The notes under the pieces are model-generated. The model worked only from the letters and a program-made list of their open reading frames with translations. It was not told where the DNA came from and ran no database searches. Below, piece by piece: positions 29,991-39,412 of a DNA stretch of 64,000 nt. Both the position numbers and the translations under genes were made by a program. The first letter of the stretch is position 1. The number at the start of each line of letters is the position of its first letter. The stretch comes from Candidatus Marinacidobacterales bacterium (GTDB taxonomy: Bacteria > Acidobacteriota > Vicinamibacteria > Marinacidobacterales > SMYC01): assembly GCA_965237955.1 (NCBI GenBank), contig OZ250169.1:6560001-6624000 (forward strand), in the 5' to 3' direction.

Positions 29991-30905
29991 GTGAACACAA
30001 TCGCCACCAAGACCCAGCTTCCGGTCCAGCAGATCGTTCAGTGGTGCGGGATCGCTCGGGGCAAGTTCTACGACTGGCGCAAGCGGTACGGGAAGGTGAA
30101 TGAGCACAACGGCCTGGTGCCGCGGGATCACTGGATCGAAGAATGGGAGCGCCAGTCCGTGATCGACTACTTCGACTGCCACCCACTGGACGGGTATCGC
30201 CGACTCACGTTCATGATGCTGGACGAAGACGTGGTGGCAGTTAGCCCCTCGACGACGTACCGGGTGTTGTCGAAGGCGGGTCGTCTGGACCGTTGGAACC
30301 CGAAGCCGTCGAAGAAGGGAACGGGCTTCGTTCAGCCGCTGCGAGCGCACCAGCACTGGCACACGGATATCTCGTACTTGAACCTGGGTGGGACGTTCTA
30401 CTACCTCTGCTCGTTTCTGGATGGTGCGAGCCGCGCGGTGGTTCACTGGGAGATTCGTGAGTCGATGACGGAAGCGGATGTGGAGTGCATCTTGGAGCGA
30501 GCAAAGGAGCGGTACCCCGATGCGCGGCCTCGAATCATCTCGGACAACGGTCCGCAGTACATCGCGAAGGACTTCAAGGCATTCATCCGCATCTCAGGGA
30601 TGACGCACGTGAGGACCGCGCCGTACTACCCGCAATCGAACGGGAAGATCGAGCGTTGGCACAAGACGATAAAATCGGACGCCCTGCGTCCTGCCAGCCC
30701 CACGAGCCTCGAAGAGGCTCGCCGCTTGATGGAACGATTCGTCGAATATTACAACGGGGTTCGCCTGCACAGCGCGATCGGCTACATTGCGCCGCTGGAC
30801 TTCATGGATGGCAAGGCCACCCAGATCTGGTCGGAGCGAGACCGCAAACTCGAGCAGGCTCGGAAGCTGCGGCGTGAGCGCCGTGCGAACAAGGTGCCCG
30901 CATGA
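29991..30905 (+). CDS. IS3-family transposase OrfB (DDE)
   Basis: GYRRLT, WHTDISY, ISDNGPQY, YPQSNGKIERWH, YNGVRLHSAIGY. Confidence 0.95.
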   Translation: MNTIATKTQLPVQQIVQWCGIARGKFYDWRKRYGKVNEHNGLVPRDHWIEEWERQSVIDYFDCHPLDGYRRLTFMMLDEDVVAVSPSTTYRVLSKAGRLDRWNPKPSKKGTGFVQPLRAHQHWHTDISYLNLGGTFYYLCSFLDGASRAVVHWEIRESMTEADVECILERAKERYPDARPRIISDNGPQYIAKDFKAFIRISGMTHVRTAPYYPQSNGKIERWHKTIKSDALRPASPTSLEEARRLMERFVEYYNGVRLHSAIGYIAPLDFMDGKATQIWSERDRKLEQARKLRRERRANKVPA

Positions 30906-31344
30906 ACACTCTGATCCCAGGAGCCCCACTCCGTTCCCTCTCGCCCACAAGCATTGAGTACCAGAGAGCGCAGGGGGCGTCAAGGGCGGCGAAGCCGGCG
31001 CGCGCAGCGCGCTTTACCCTTGACGCCCCCGAGCACTCTGGTACGATCCCTGGGGCGATAGGGGACATCCTGCCGCCGGGCGTTGCGTTAACGTCCAACC
31101 TCGCTGTCATCTTCACGCTGAACCAATACAAAAGGACGAGCGTGTACATAGTACTCCGCTTCACGGTGAACCACTCGATGTGGACGCCCGTGTTCGTACG
31201 GTACGGATTACGCTTCGCCATTTGTGCCTACACTACTGATTTTAAAGAAGTTTATCACAATTTGTCGGTACCCTGCAACGAAGCGCGTGGGCAGCTTGAT
31301 TGCACCGAAGTGATTGGATAGCATGATCTGTCCGAGGTTTATGG

Positions 31345-33258
31345 ATGCTCAAGTATTTTCGTAATCGCCGCAGCATGGGCTGGCTCATGGGCTCGTCGAT
31401 GCTGGTTCTCGTCATCTTCGCCTTCATCGCGTTCTACGTACCCGACTTTCTCGCTCCCGCCGACGGTGTCGGGTCGGCAACGGGCGCGGTCGCGTGGGTC
31501 GATGGTGACCCCATTTCGTCGCGTGAGTTTCTTCAAGGCTATCGTCTGCAGGACGAGCAGTATCGCCAGCAGTTGGGCGCGCAGTACTCCCCGGATTTGC
31601 TGCGGCAGCTCGGACTCGACAACTTCGTCATGCAGCGGCTCGTGCAAGAGAAAGTGCTCACCCTCGAAGCGGAACGCCTGGGGTTGACGGTCGCGGATTC
31701 CGAAGTCAGCCAAAGCATTCTCGGTGATCCCGTGCTCCAACAAGACGGCCAGTTCATCGGCAAAGAGGCCTACATGGGACTCTTGGCGAGCAGAGGCTGG
31801 ACGGCGGCAACGTACGAAGGGCAAATACTCCAAGGAATTCTCCGCCAGAAGCTTCAGGCCCTCGTGACCGATGGCGTGGTCGTGACCGGAGCCGACGTCG
31901 AGGACGAGTACCGACGGCGCAACGAAAAAGTTCACCTCGAGTATGCCGTGATCGCGCGCTCGGATTTCGAGAACGAGCTCGAAGTGACCGACGATGAAGT
32001 CCGCGCGTACTACGACGAGAACCAGGAAGAGTTCGAGCGCCCCGTCCAGCGCAAAGCAAGACTCATTACTCTCACCCCCCAGCTGTTTAGCGGGGAAGTC
32101 ACCGTTAACCAACGCGAGATCGCGCGCTACTACGACGAGAACCAACCGCAGTATTCGACCGGCGAGCAAGTCCGAGCAAGCCATATCCTCTTCATGACGG
32201 GTCCCGACAAGAACGAGGAAGCGGTACGCCAGCAGGCCGAAGCGGTGCTGGTCCAAGTGAAGGCGGGAGCCGATTTCGCCGAGCTCGCCCGCGAGCACTC
32301 CGAGGATACCTCCGCCGATAGCGGCGGCGACCTCGGGCTGTTCGGAAGGGGCGCCATGGTTCCGGCGTTCGAACAAGCGGCGTTCTCGCTTCCCGTGGGC
32401 GGCACGAGCGAGCTCGTCCGCTCGACCTACGGCTATCACATCATCAAAGTCACCGACAGACAGGCTGCGTTCACGCAACCGCTCGAGACCGTTCAAGAGC
32501 AGATCCAGGGCGTGCTCTCTCAGAAAAAAGCGACCGCGAGAATGGAAGCAGCCATCCAGAGCGCAGCGGAGAAGCTCCGCGCCGCCGGCGCCATCGACGC
32601 GCTCACCGCCGAGTACCCGCTGCTGGTTCCCCAGGACACGCCGTTTTTCGGCGCCGAAGACCCACTCCCACAACTCGGGAGCTCGGCTGAGGCGACGCGC
32701 CTCGCATTCGAGATCGACATCATGGATATCACACCCGCGATCCCGTTAGGGCCGGGTGGCGGCTACGTGTTCCTGCAGGTGCTCGAAGAACGCAAGGCCG
32801 CCGTGGCACCGTTCGAGGAAGCCCAGAACCAAGCGCGGCAGCTGCTTCGAGACCAACGAGCGATGGAGCTCGCCCGCAACCGGGCTGACGAGGTGCACCA
32901 GCGGCTGGTCGGCGAAGGCGGTGAAGGTGCCGACATCGAGCTCCTGACGAGCGAGAGCTATTTCCGGGGATCCCAACTTCCCGAGGCGGGTCGCTCGGTC
33001 GGGGTGCAGGCGCGCGCGTTCGAGATGCCGGTTGGCGAGCTCTCGCAACCACTCGCCTCCGACATCGGATATGTCATCATCCGCGTGCTCGAAAAATCAG
33101 GATTCGACGCGGAAGATTTCACCGAGCAAAGAGCGAGCTTCGAAGAACAGATCCTTACCGAGCAGCGCTCCCGTATGTGGGGCGCTTTCGTCCAGAACCT
33201 GCAGTCCCGCTACAGCGTCAAAATCGACTGGCAAGCGATCCGAGGCATCACCGGCTGA
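31345..33258 (+). CDS. ppiD: PpiD/SurA-family peptidyl-prolyl isomerase
   Basis: N-terminal TM, SurA_N, VRASHIL, FAELAREHSED, GGDLG, YGYHII. Confidence 0.9.
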   Translation: MLKYFRNRRSMGWLMGSSMLVLVIFAFIAFYVPDFLAPADGVGSATGAVAWVDGDPISSREFLQGYRLQDEQYRQQLGAQYSPDLLRQLGLDNFVMQRLVQEKVLTLEAERLGLTVADSEVSQSILGDPVLQQDGQFIGKEAYMGLLASRGWTAATYEGQILQGILRQKLQALVTDGVVVTGADVEDEYRRRNEKVHLEYAVIARSDFENELEVTDDEVRAYYDENQEEFERPVQRKARLITLTPQLFSGEVTVNQREIARYYDENQPQYSTGEQVRASHILFMTGPDKNEEAVRQQAEAVLVQVKAGADFAELAREHSEDTSADSGGDLGLFGRGAMVPAFEQAAFSLPVGGTSELVRSTYGYHIIKVTDRQAAFTQPLETVQEQIQGVLSQKKATARMEAAIQSAAEKLRAAGAIDALTAEYPLLVPQDTPFFGAEDPLPQLGSSAEATRLAFEIDIMDITPAIPLGPGGGYVFLQVLEERKAAVAPFEEAQNQARQLLRDQRAMELARNRADEVHQRLVGEGGEGADIELLTSESYFRGSQLPEAGRSVGVQARAFEMPVGELSQPLASDIGYVIIRVLEKSGFDAEDFTEQRASFEEQILTEQRSRMWGAFVQNLQSRYSVKIDWQAIRGITG

Positions 33259-33274
33259 TTACCGGGGGGGGACC

Positions 33275-33625
33275 ATGAACCTAGACCTTCGCGAAAAAGA
33301 CGGCGTCAATATTTTGGTCCTCGGTGGACAGCTTACCGGCGGGGGCGGTGACGAACAGTTTCGAGAAGCCATCGACACCCTCCTCGCCGCCGGACGCGCG
33401 CAGATCCTCGTGGACTTCACCGAGATCACGTTCATGGACAGCGCCGGCATGGGCGAGCTCGTCTCCGGCCACCGCACCGTGGGGCGCTTCGGTGGCGCGC
33501 TCAAGATCCTCAACCCGAACAAACGCGTCCACAACTCCCTCACCATGGCGAAGCTACTGCCGATCTTCGAGGTCTTCGACGACGAGGAGAAGGCGTTGGG
33601 AAGCTACGCCAAGTCGGACGCGTAG
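33275..33625 (+). CDS. STAS-domain anti-sigma factor antagonist
   Basis: LVDFTEITFMDSAGMGELV phosphoacceptor motif. Confidence 0.92.
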   Translation: MNLDLREKDGVNILVLGGQLTGGGGDEQFREAIDTLLAAGRAQILVDFTEITFMDSAGMGELVSGHRTVGRFGGALKILNPNKRVHNSLTMAKLLPIFEVFDDEEKALGSYAKSDA

Positions 33626-33641
33626 TTTAACTAAACTAGTT

Positions 33642-33971
33642 CTAGACTCGAATGTCGAGCGCGGAAATCAACGCAGCGTCGAGCGCACCCAGTTTCGTCG
33701 TGGTCAATGTGCCGACGAATTGACTCAGCATGGACTTCGGCAAACTGATGAGTTCATCACAATGAATGCTGCTTTCGTGCTTTAGTCCATCGTCGACGCC
33801 AACCGGCACCTGCGTCGACAAGCCGAGGCGCTGGGAATAGACGGGAGCGCAGACGAGTGTCGAGAACTTGGAGTCAATAAGCACTTGGCGGCTCACCACT
33901 ACGAACACTCGATACTTCTTGGGATCACGAGAGGACGGTCGCCGCACACGATAGAGATCTCCCCTGGTCAA
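33642..33971 (-). CDS. PemK/MazF-family toxin
   Basis: [34 protein letters not shown]. Confidence 0.9.
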   Translation of the reverse strand: MTRGDLYRVRRPSSRDPKKYRVFVVVSRQVLIDSKFSTLVCAPVYSQRLGLSTQVPVGVDDGLKHESSIHCDELISLPKSMLSQFVGTLTTTKLGALDAALISALDIRV

Positions 33972-34198
33972 AGCTCTACCTGATACGACAGGACGTCTTC
34001 AGCTTCTTCGTTTAACTTGTCGGCGTTGCGATTGATGAGCTCTAGTTCGCGCCGGTCGCGCTCGCGTTTGTCCAGCTCAGCGAACCCCTCACGAAGCATT
34101 CGCTCGATGACCTCCGAGCGACTCTCCCCCGTCTCGGCCACTGTATTGACTCGCTTCACAATGTCTTCTGAGAGTGTGATTGATGTCTTCACTTTCAT
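33968..34198 (-). CDS. Ribbon-helix-helix antitoxin
   Basis: [17 protein letters not shown]; overlaps the toxin start by 4 nt. Confidence 0.85.
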   Translation of the reverse strand: MKVKTSITLSEDIVKRVNTVAETGESRSEVIERMLREGFAELDKRERDRRELELINRNADKLNEEAEDVLSYQVEL

Positions 34199-34248
34199 AC
34201 TACTATTATACCCCCGTAATCCGGCGGAGGCGGTGCAACAACCAGTCT

Positions 34249-35463
34249 TTATTCGTGCCGCAGAGCTTCCACCGGATTCTGATGGGCAGCCTGAATCGCG
34301 GGGTAGACACCGAAACCCACGCCGGTGCCGACGGCCAGGGTCATCGCTCCTATGACTGCGCGGACACTCAGCGCGGTCGGCCAGCCGGCGTAGCTCGACA
34401 CGGCGACGGACGCCGCCGCGCCAAGAACGATCCCGACGAGGCCTCCGACCCCGGTCAAAAGGAGTGCTTCCATCAGGAACTGATGGACGATGTCGTGCCT
34501 GCTTGCACCGAGTGAACGCCGGACGCCGATTTCACGGATGCGCTCGGTGACGTTCGCGAGCATGATGTTCATGATGCCGATGCCACCCACGAGGAGCGAG
34601 ATCGCGGCGACGGCGCCGACGACGACGTTGAACTGAAACCGCGCGCGCTCGTAGCCGGCGATGAGCTCCTGTGGCACGACGAGCTCGAAGTCCTTCGCGC
34701 CGCGATGACGCCGGGCGACGACGGTCTCGATGAGCCGCGCCGAGTCGCGTACCGCGTCGGCTTCGACGATGCGGATGGCGATCTCGTCGATGCGTCCCGT
34801 CGGCTCGGGCACGACCGATAGCGGAATGAAGGCGACCCGGTTCACGTTTCTTCCCGAAAGCCGCGAGCCCCGTCGCGACAGCTCGCGCGGCTCGAGCGCG
34901 CCCACGACCGCGTACCAGTCCGTTTGGATACGGACACGGGAGCCGACAGCGTTTTCGTACGGAAAGAGCGACTCGGAAAGATCGTGACCGAGCACGATGA
35001 TGCGCTTGGCCTCGCGCACATCGGTATCGGTGAGAAACCGGCCTTCCTTCAAAACCAGCTCTTCGGTACCAACGAACGACGGCGTGGTCGCGACGATGCT
35101 CGCCTCGGTGCGGTGTCCGTCACGTGTGATCTGCTCCGAGCGTTCCCGCAATGGCGCGAGGCTCGCCACCGTGGGACAGACTTCGGTGATGGCACGGGCA
35201 TCGGCCACGGTGAGTCCCGGCGATTGCAACGTGCGCGCGTCGAGCTCGGTCTCTGCCGACAGCGCGCCTGCTCGAACCGACACGCGGGTGATACCGAGTC
35301 GTCCGACTTCGGCGAGGATCTCACGCCGCGCCCCCTCGCTGACCGAGAGCATCGCGATGACGGCACTGACGCCGAAGACGATTCCGAGCGCGGAGAGAAT
35401 CGACCGCAGCCTGTGCTGCGTCAACCCTTGCCAGGCGAGACGCGTCAAAGCACGAGGTTTCAT
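34249..35463 (-). CDS. MacB-like ABC transporter permease
   Basis: LRSILSALGIVFGV, ISLLVGGIGIMNIM..VTERIREIGVR, PVEALRHE. Confidence 0.95.
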   Translation of the reverse strand: MKPRALTRLAWQGLTQHRLRSILSALGIVFGVSAVIAMLSVSEGARREILAEVGRLGITRVSVRAGALSAETELDARTLQSPGLTVADARAITEVCPTVASLAPLRERSEQITRDGHRTEASIVATTPSFVGTEELVLKEGRFLTDTDVREAKRIIVLGHDLSESLFPYENAVGSRVRIQTDWYAVVGALEPRELSRRGSRLSGRNVNRVAFIPLSVVPEPTGRIDEIAIRIVEADAVRDSARLIETVVARRHRGAKDFELVVPQELIAGYERARFQFNVVVGAVAAISLLVGGIGIMNIMLANVTERIREIGVRRSLGASRHDIVHQFLMEALLLTGVGGLVGIVLGAAASVAVSSYAGWPTALSVRAVIGAMTLAVGTGVGFGVYPAIQAAHQNPVEALRHE

Positions 35464-36143
35464 GTCGAGCGGTCCTGAACGAGCTTACCGTCCGAGAGCT
35501 CGACGACGCGATGCGCGCGCTCGGCGAGGCTCTGGTCGTGGGTCACGAGCACCAACGTACGCCCTTCGGAGACGAGCTCCTCGAGAAGCTTCAATACCTC
35601 TTCGCCGGTGCGCGAGTCCAAGTTGCCGGTCGGCTCGTCAGCGAGAAGAAGCTCGGGCTCGGTCACGAGTGCCCGTGCGAGTGCGGCGCGTTGCGCTTCT
35701 CCGCCCGAAAGCTCCGCCGGCCGGTGGGAGCTTCGATCGAGAATGCCGAGCCGATCGAGCAGTCGCTCGGAGCGCTCGCGCCAAACGCTTTCCGGCTGCT
35801 CGCTGTAGAGAAGGGCGGTCTCGACATTCTCGAGGACCGTCATCTGCGGGATGAGGTTGAACGACTGGAACAAGAAGCCGACGAGTCGATTCCGCAATCG
35901 ACTGGCCGCCTTGTCGTCGAGCGTATTCGTGTCGGTACCTTGAAGGAGCACTCGACCTCTCGTCGGTTGATCGAGACACCCGAAAAGATTGAGGAGCGTC
36001 GACTTCCCCGAGCCCGAGCGGCCAACGATGGCGATGAAACTGCCTTTCTCGATATCGAGGCTGACCCCGTCGAGGGCGGAGAGAACGCTGTCGGCGCGGG
36101 GATACACCCGGTGAACGTCGACGGCTTGGGCGATCAGGTTCAA
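35460..36143 (-). CDS. ABC transporter ATP-binding protein
   Basis: GRSGSGKST, LSGGE, LLADEPTGNLD, VTHD. Confidence 0.96.
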   Translation of the reverse strand: MNLIAQAVDVHRVYPRADSVLSALDGVSLDIEKGSFIAIVGRSGSGKSTLLNLFGCLDQPTRGRVLLQGTDTNTLDDKAASRLRNRLVGFLFQSFNLIPQMTVLENVETALLYSEQPESVWRERSERLLDRLGILDRSSHRPAELSGGEAQRAALARALVTEPELLLADEPTGNLDSRTGEEVLKLLEELVSEGRTLVLVTHDQSLAERAHRVVELSDGKLVQDRST

Positions 36144-36155
36144 GAGGTCAAAAGT

Positions 36156-37745
36156 TTAGGGAGACGGCGCGACGACGTCGAGGAAACCCGGAAGCGCTTG
36201 GCCTCCGAGAGGACTCGCCGCGTCGTTCGGATCCCGCAGTAAAACGCGCTCGCCTGCCTCGAGTCCTTGCTCGACGACGATGTGGTTCTCGTTGCTGGGA
36301 CCGACGAGCACTTCTTGAACTTCCGGCGAGCGCCCTCGCATCACGTAGGCATAGTGCTTGCCGCCCCGCTCGAAGATCGCCTCGAGAGGAACGTAGAGCG
36401 CACTCGCGAGACGATCCACGAGGAGCTCGACCCTGGCCGACATGCCGGGACGGAGCCTCGGGTCCGCTTGCTTCACGAGAATCGTCACCGTGAAGTACTT
36501 CCCGCCTCGTCTGGCTTCGTCCGCTTGCGCGAGCGTTCCGATGAAGCTCACTTCGCCCTCGAGGGTGAGCTCGGGATAAGCATCGACCGCAATCAGCACT
36601 TGCTGATTCTTTTCGACTTTGTAGATGTCGGTCTCGCGCACTTGGGTCTCGACTGTCATTCGCGACAAGTCCGGCAACCTGATCAACGGCTGGTTGGGCC
36701 AAACCTGATCGCCGACCTGCACTTTGCGCTTCTCGCTACCAAAGAACACCTGTTTGTAGATGACGAGGCCGGAGACCGTCGCCTTGATCTCGCACCGCTC
36801 CAGGTTCTGACTCTGGAGCTCCACACGCGAGACGAGCTCGGCGTGCTTGCTCTGAGCGAGCCCGAGCGTTGCGGTCGCTTGCGATAGCCGGAACGTGTTC
36901 GCCCGCTGCGATTGCCTCATCGATTCTTTGCTGTTCGCAAGCGCCGCACGAGAGCCTTCCATCTCGGCAGGCCGCGTGTAGTTCATATAAGTCGCGTGCT
37001 TGATCTCGAGAAGCTCGAGATCCTCGCGCGCTTTGTCGACGGCTTGTCTGGCTCGATCGAGCTCGAGCTTGGTAATGAACCCCTCGGCGAGAAGCGGTTT
37101 CAAGTCTTCGTAGCCGGCTTCGGCTTTTGCGAGCTCGCGCTTGACCTGCGATAGCTGCGTTTTCGATTCCGCTTCCGCGAGCTTTCCCTTCCCGTCGACG
37201 ACGCTTTCGAGCTCGAGCTCCGCGAGACGCACCTTGTCCCGCGTTTCGGTGAGCTCTTCTTTGGCGGCGATTTGAAGGAGCTTGTACTCCTCGCGCGCCT
37301 TCACGAGCTCCGCCTCCGCTTGCGCGAGCTGCGCTTGCGATTGCTCCAGCTCGTCCGCGAACGGCTGAGCGTCGAATTCGACGAGCACGTCGCCGACGCT
37401 CACTTGCGTGCCCTCGGGCACGATCTCCAAAATCTTTGCCTGGCTTCCCGGTATCGCCGAGGAGTAGGTCACCGAGCGGAGCGCCTGGAGCGTGCCGCTT
37501 TCGACGATCTCGACTTCGAACAGACCTTCCTCGACCGCCGCGAGAAGCATCGCGTCGCTCGTCCGCGAGCGCAACAGCGACCCGGCCGCAAACACGACGA
37601 TCGCAACTCCCGCGCCTGTCAGGAGCGTGCGTTTCGGGTTTCCCCTCATCCACCGCGCGGTATCCGTCAGGCGCGAGGCCAGGCGTGAAGTTAGACTCGA
37701 CGGCTCGCGGACCCACTCCGGAAGTGCTCTCGTTGTCTCGCTCAT
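36156..37745 (-). CDS. Efflux periplasmic adaptor (MacA/HlyD family) with long coiled coil
   Basis: TM anchor, lipoyl-like PEG..V..GDVL, LRPGMSA, VPLEAI, GLEAGERV. Confidence 0.9.
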   Translation of the reverse strand: MSETTRALPEWVREPSSLTSRLASRLTDTARWMRGNPKRTLLTGAGVAIVVFAAGSLLRSRTSDAMLLAAVEEGLFEVEIVESGTLQALRSVTYSSAIPGSQAKILEIVPEGTQVSVGDVLVEFDAQPFADELEQSQAQLAQAEAELVKAREEYKLLQIAAKEELTETRDKVRLAELELESVVDGKGKLAEAESKTQLSQVKRELAKAEAGYEDLKPLLAEGFITKLELDRARQAVDKAREDLELLEIKHATYMNYTRPAEMEGSRAALANSKESMRQSQRANTFRLSQATATLGLAQSKHAELVSRVELQSQNLERCEIKATVSGLVIYKQVFFGSEKRKVQVGDQVWPNQPLIRLPDLSRMTVETQVRETDIYKVEKNQQVLIAVDAYPELTLEGEVSFIGTLAQADEARRGGKYFTVTILVKQADPRLRPGMSARVELLVDRLASALYVPLEAIFERGGKHYAYVMRGRSPEVQEVLVGPSNENHIVVEQGLEAGERVLLRDPNDAASPLGGQALPGFLDVVAPSP

Positions 37746-39193
37746 GGATGATGTCTCGCGCTCGGCAGAAAATTGCCCGGGGCGAATTCCTTGTCGATGT
37801 CGAGGGTTCCGCTCACACGCTTCAACTGTATCTGAGCGACGTGATAGTCCGTCACCAACGACACGTAGTTACTGCGCGCCCGAATGAGGTTGTTCTCCGC
37901 GTCGATGATGTCGAAGTTGCTGGCAAGCCCGCGCTGGTAGCGAAGGGTCGCGAGTCGCATCTGCTTTTCGGCGAAGTCGATGTTCCGCTCTTGCAACACG
38001 ATGCTCTTGCCGACCCGCTGCACGTTCCGTGCGGCCGCTCGAACTTCGTTGGCGACATTGTACCCGGTGAGCCTCAACGACCGCCGGCGGGCATCGACGT
38101 CGATCTGCGACAGCGCAAAGGATGCGCGCTCGCTGGTGCGGTCGAGTGTATAGCTCGTCGACAAGAAGACGTTGAACGCGCTGTCCTGGAAATTGAAGCT
38201 GCTCCCGAGGGAATCACCGATGCCGCGTTGCTCGTAGCGCATGTTCAGATCCAGCTGCGGCAGAAGGTTTTGTTTGGACACCGCCTGGCCGCGCAACGCG
38301 TCGTCGATGCGATCGTGCTCTTCTCTGACCTCGATCCGGTTTCGAAGCGCGAGCTCGGTCAGAGCATCGACGTCGACGTCGACCGGCTGATACTCCGGTT
38401 CCACGATTTCGAGCGAGACGCGCTCAAACGGGTTGAGGCCGAGGTTGAACTTGAACGCGTCGAACGCGAGCTCGAGCGCTTCGTGCCTCAATATCAAAGC
38501 CTCTTCCGCCTGAGACAGCTGAAGCTCAGCTCGAAACACATCGAGCTTCGAGGCGAGTCCCACGAGAAGTCGGGCCTCCGAGGCGCGGAGGAGCTCGCGA
38601 TTGCGCACGAGTGAACCCTCGGCGACCTCGACCAAGCCCTGCTGTCTCACGATGTTGTAGTAGCTCGCGACCACATCCACCACTAGACGTTGCCGGGATA
38701 GATCGAGGTTGCGCTCGGCTCCCTGGAGACCTCTCCGGGAGTTCTCGAGCTCGAACTCGGTCGCTTTCGTTCCGAAGCCGCGCAACAGGGGCTGCGTCAC
38801 TCCAAAGCCGAGGATCGAGTTATTGAAGTTGCCGAGCTGGTTGGTTGCGGAATCGGAGCGATAAGTACCGCTCACCGTGGTACCGAAGGGCAGGAGTTTG
38901 GAGACCTCCAGGCCGAATCTTTGGTCGACGACCGACTGCTCGCCGATGCCTCGCGCGTAGGACGGAGTCACTTTGAAGTTGAAACGCGACTCAGCGACCT
39001 GCTCCGAGATCTGGGCGCCATGGACGACATCGACGGTCGACAGCAGGTTCAGATTGTTGGCGAGAGCAAGCCGGACGGCGTCCTCGAGGCTCAGAACCTG
39101 CTCCGGCGCGTTCGGGTCCGGCTGAGAGGCGCCAATCGGGCCCGCGCCCAACACGAGCGCGCACAAAACGCCGGAAACTATGCGCATAAGCAT
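37742..39193 (-). CDS. TolC-family outer membrane efflux protein
   Basis: LSLEDAVRLALANN, TQPLLRGFG, RYQRGL..DIIDAE. Confidence 0.92.
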   Translation of the reverse strand: MLMRIVSGVLCALVLGAGPIGASQPDPNAPEQVLSLEDAVRLALANNLNLLSTVDVVHGAQISEQVAESRFNFKVTPSYARGIGEQSVVDQRFGLEVSKLLPFGTTVSGTYRSDSATNQLGNFNNSILGFGVTQPLLRGFGTKATEFELENSRRGLQGAERNLDLSRQRLVVDVVASYYNIVRQQGLVEVAEGSLVRNRELLRASEARLLVGLASKLDVFRAELQLSQAEEALILRHEALELAFDAFKFNLGLNPFERVSLEIVEPEYQPVDVDVDALTELALRNRIEVREEHDRIDDALRGQAVSKQNLLPQLDLNMRYEQRGIGDSLGSSFNFQDSAFNVFLSTSYTLDRTSERASFALSQIDVDARRRSLRLTGYNVANEVRAAARNVQRVGKSIVLQERNIDFAEKQMRLATLRYQRGLASNFDIIDAENNLIRARSNYVSLVTDYHVAQIQLKRVSGTLDIDKEFAPGNFLPSARHHP

Positions 39194-39244
39194 ATTCTAT
39201 CACCGGCCACGCTGGCGAGGCCGCTCCCACGGGGTGGGGGCCTG

Positions 39245-39393
39245 GTGCCCCTGCCCGTGCCCGTGCCCGGTAGAAACCCTCTCGAACGATCTCACTAGCC
39301 AGGCTCACGAAGTCGACGGCACCCTGGTATACGTCGAGTTTCCCTCGGGCGAATTGGTTCATAGGCTCATTTGTTTTTGATCGGGCACGGGCA
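39245..39393 (-). pseudogene. Four-helix-bundle (23S rRNA IVS-like) protein remnant flanked by hexamer repeats
   Basis: MNQFARGKLDVYQGAVDFVSLASEIV resembles the family N-terminus (F..EKLDVYQ.A); flanked by (GTGCCC)n and (GGGCAC)n. Confidence 0.6.
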
Positions 39394-39412
39394 TCGCTGT
39401 TCGCCAGGCTCA

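Larger units (their letters stand above)
29436..31130 (+). mobile_element. IS3-family insertion sequence
   Basis: TG...CA ends with 27-bp imperfect IR (TGTTTCGGTTCAGCTGGAACATGACAG / CTGTCATCTTCACGCTGAACCAATACA); probable AAG target duplication; orfA/orfB. Confidence 0.93.
28263..31221 (-). pseudogene. FecR-domain / Ig-fold membrane-anchored protein interrupted by IS3
   Basis: N-terminus MAKRNPY...YTLVL (31221-31132) rejoins in frame with ALLGLAAAG...GSVKVRK..DTIRT (about 29432-28263) once the IS is removed. Confidence 0.88.

Noticed and set aside
33642-34198. Toxin-antitoxin pair as a novel defence system
   Set aside because: It is an ordinary RHH-PemK/MazF type II module.
39245-39393. Diversity-generating retroelement (Avd-like four-helix bundle)
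   Set aside because: Only a short remnant is present; there is no reverse transcriptase and no template/variable repeat pair.
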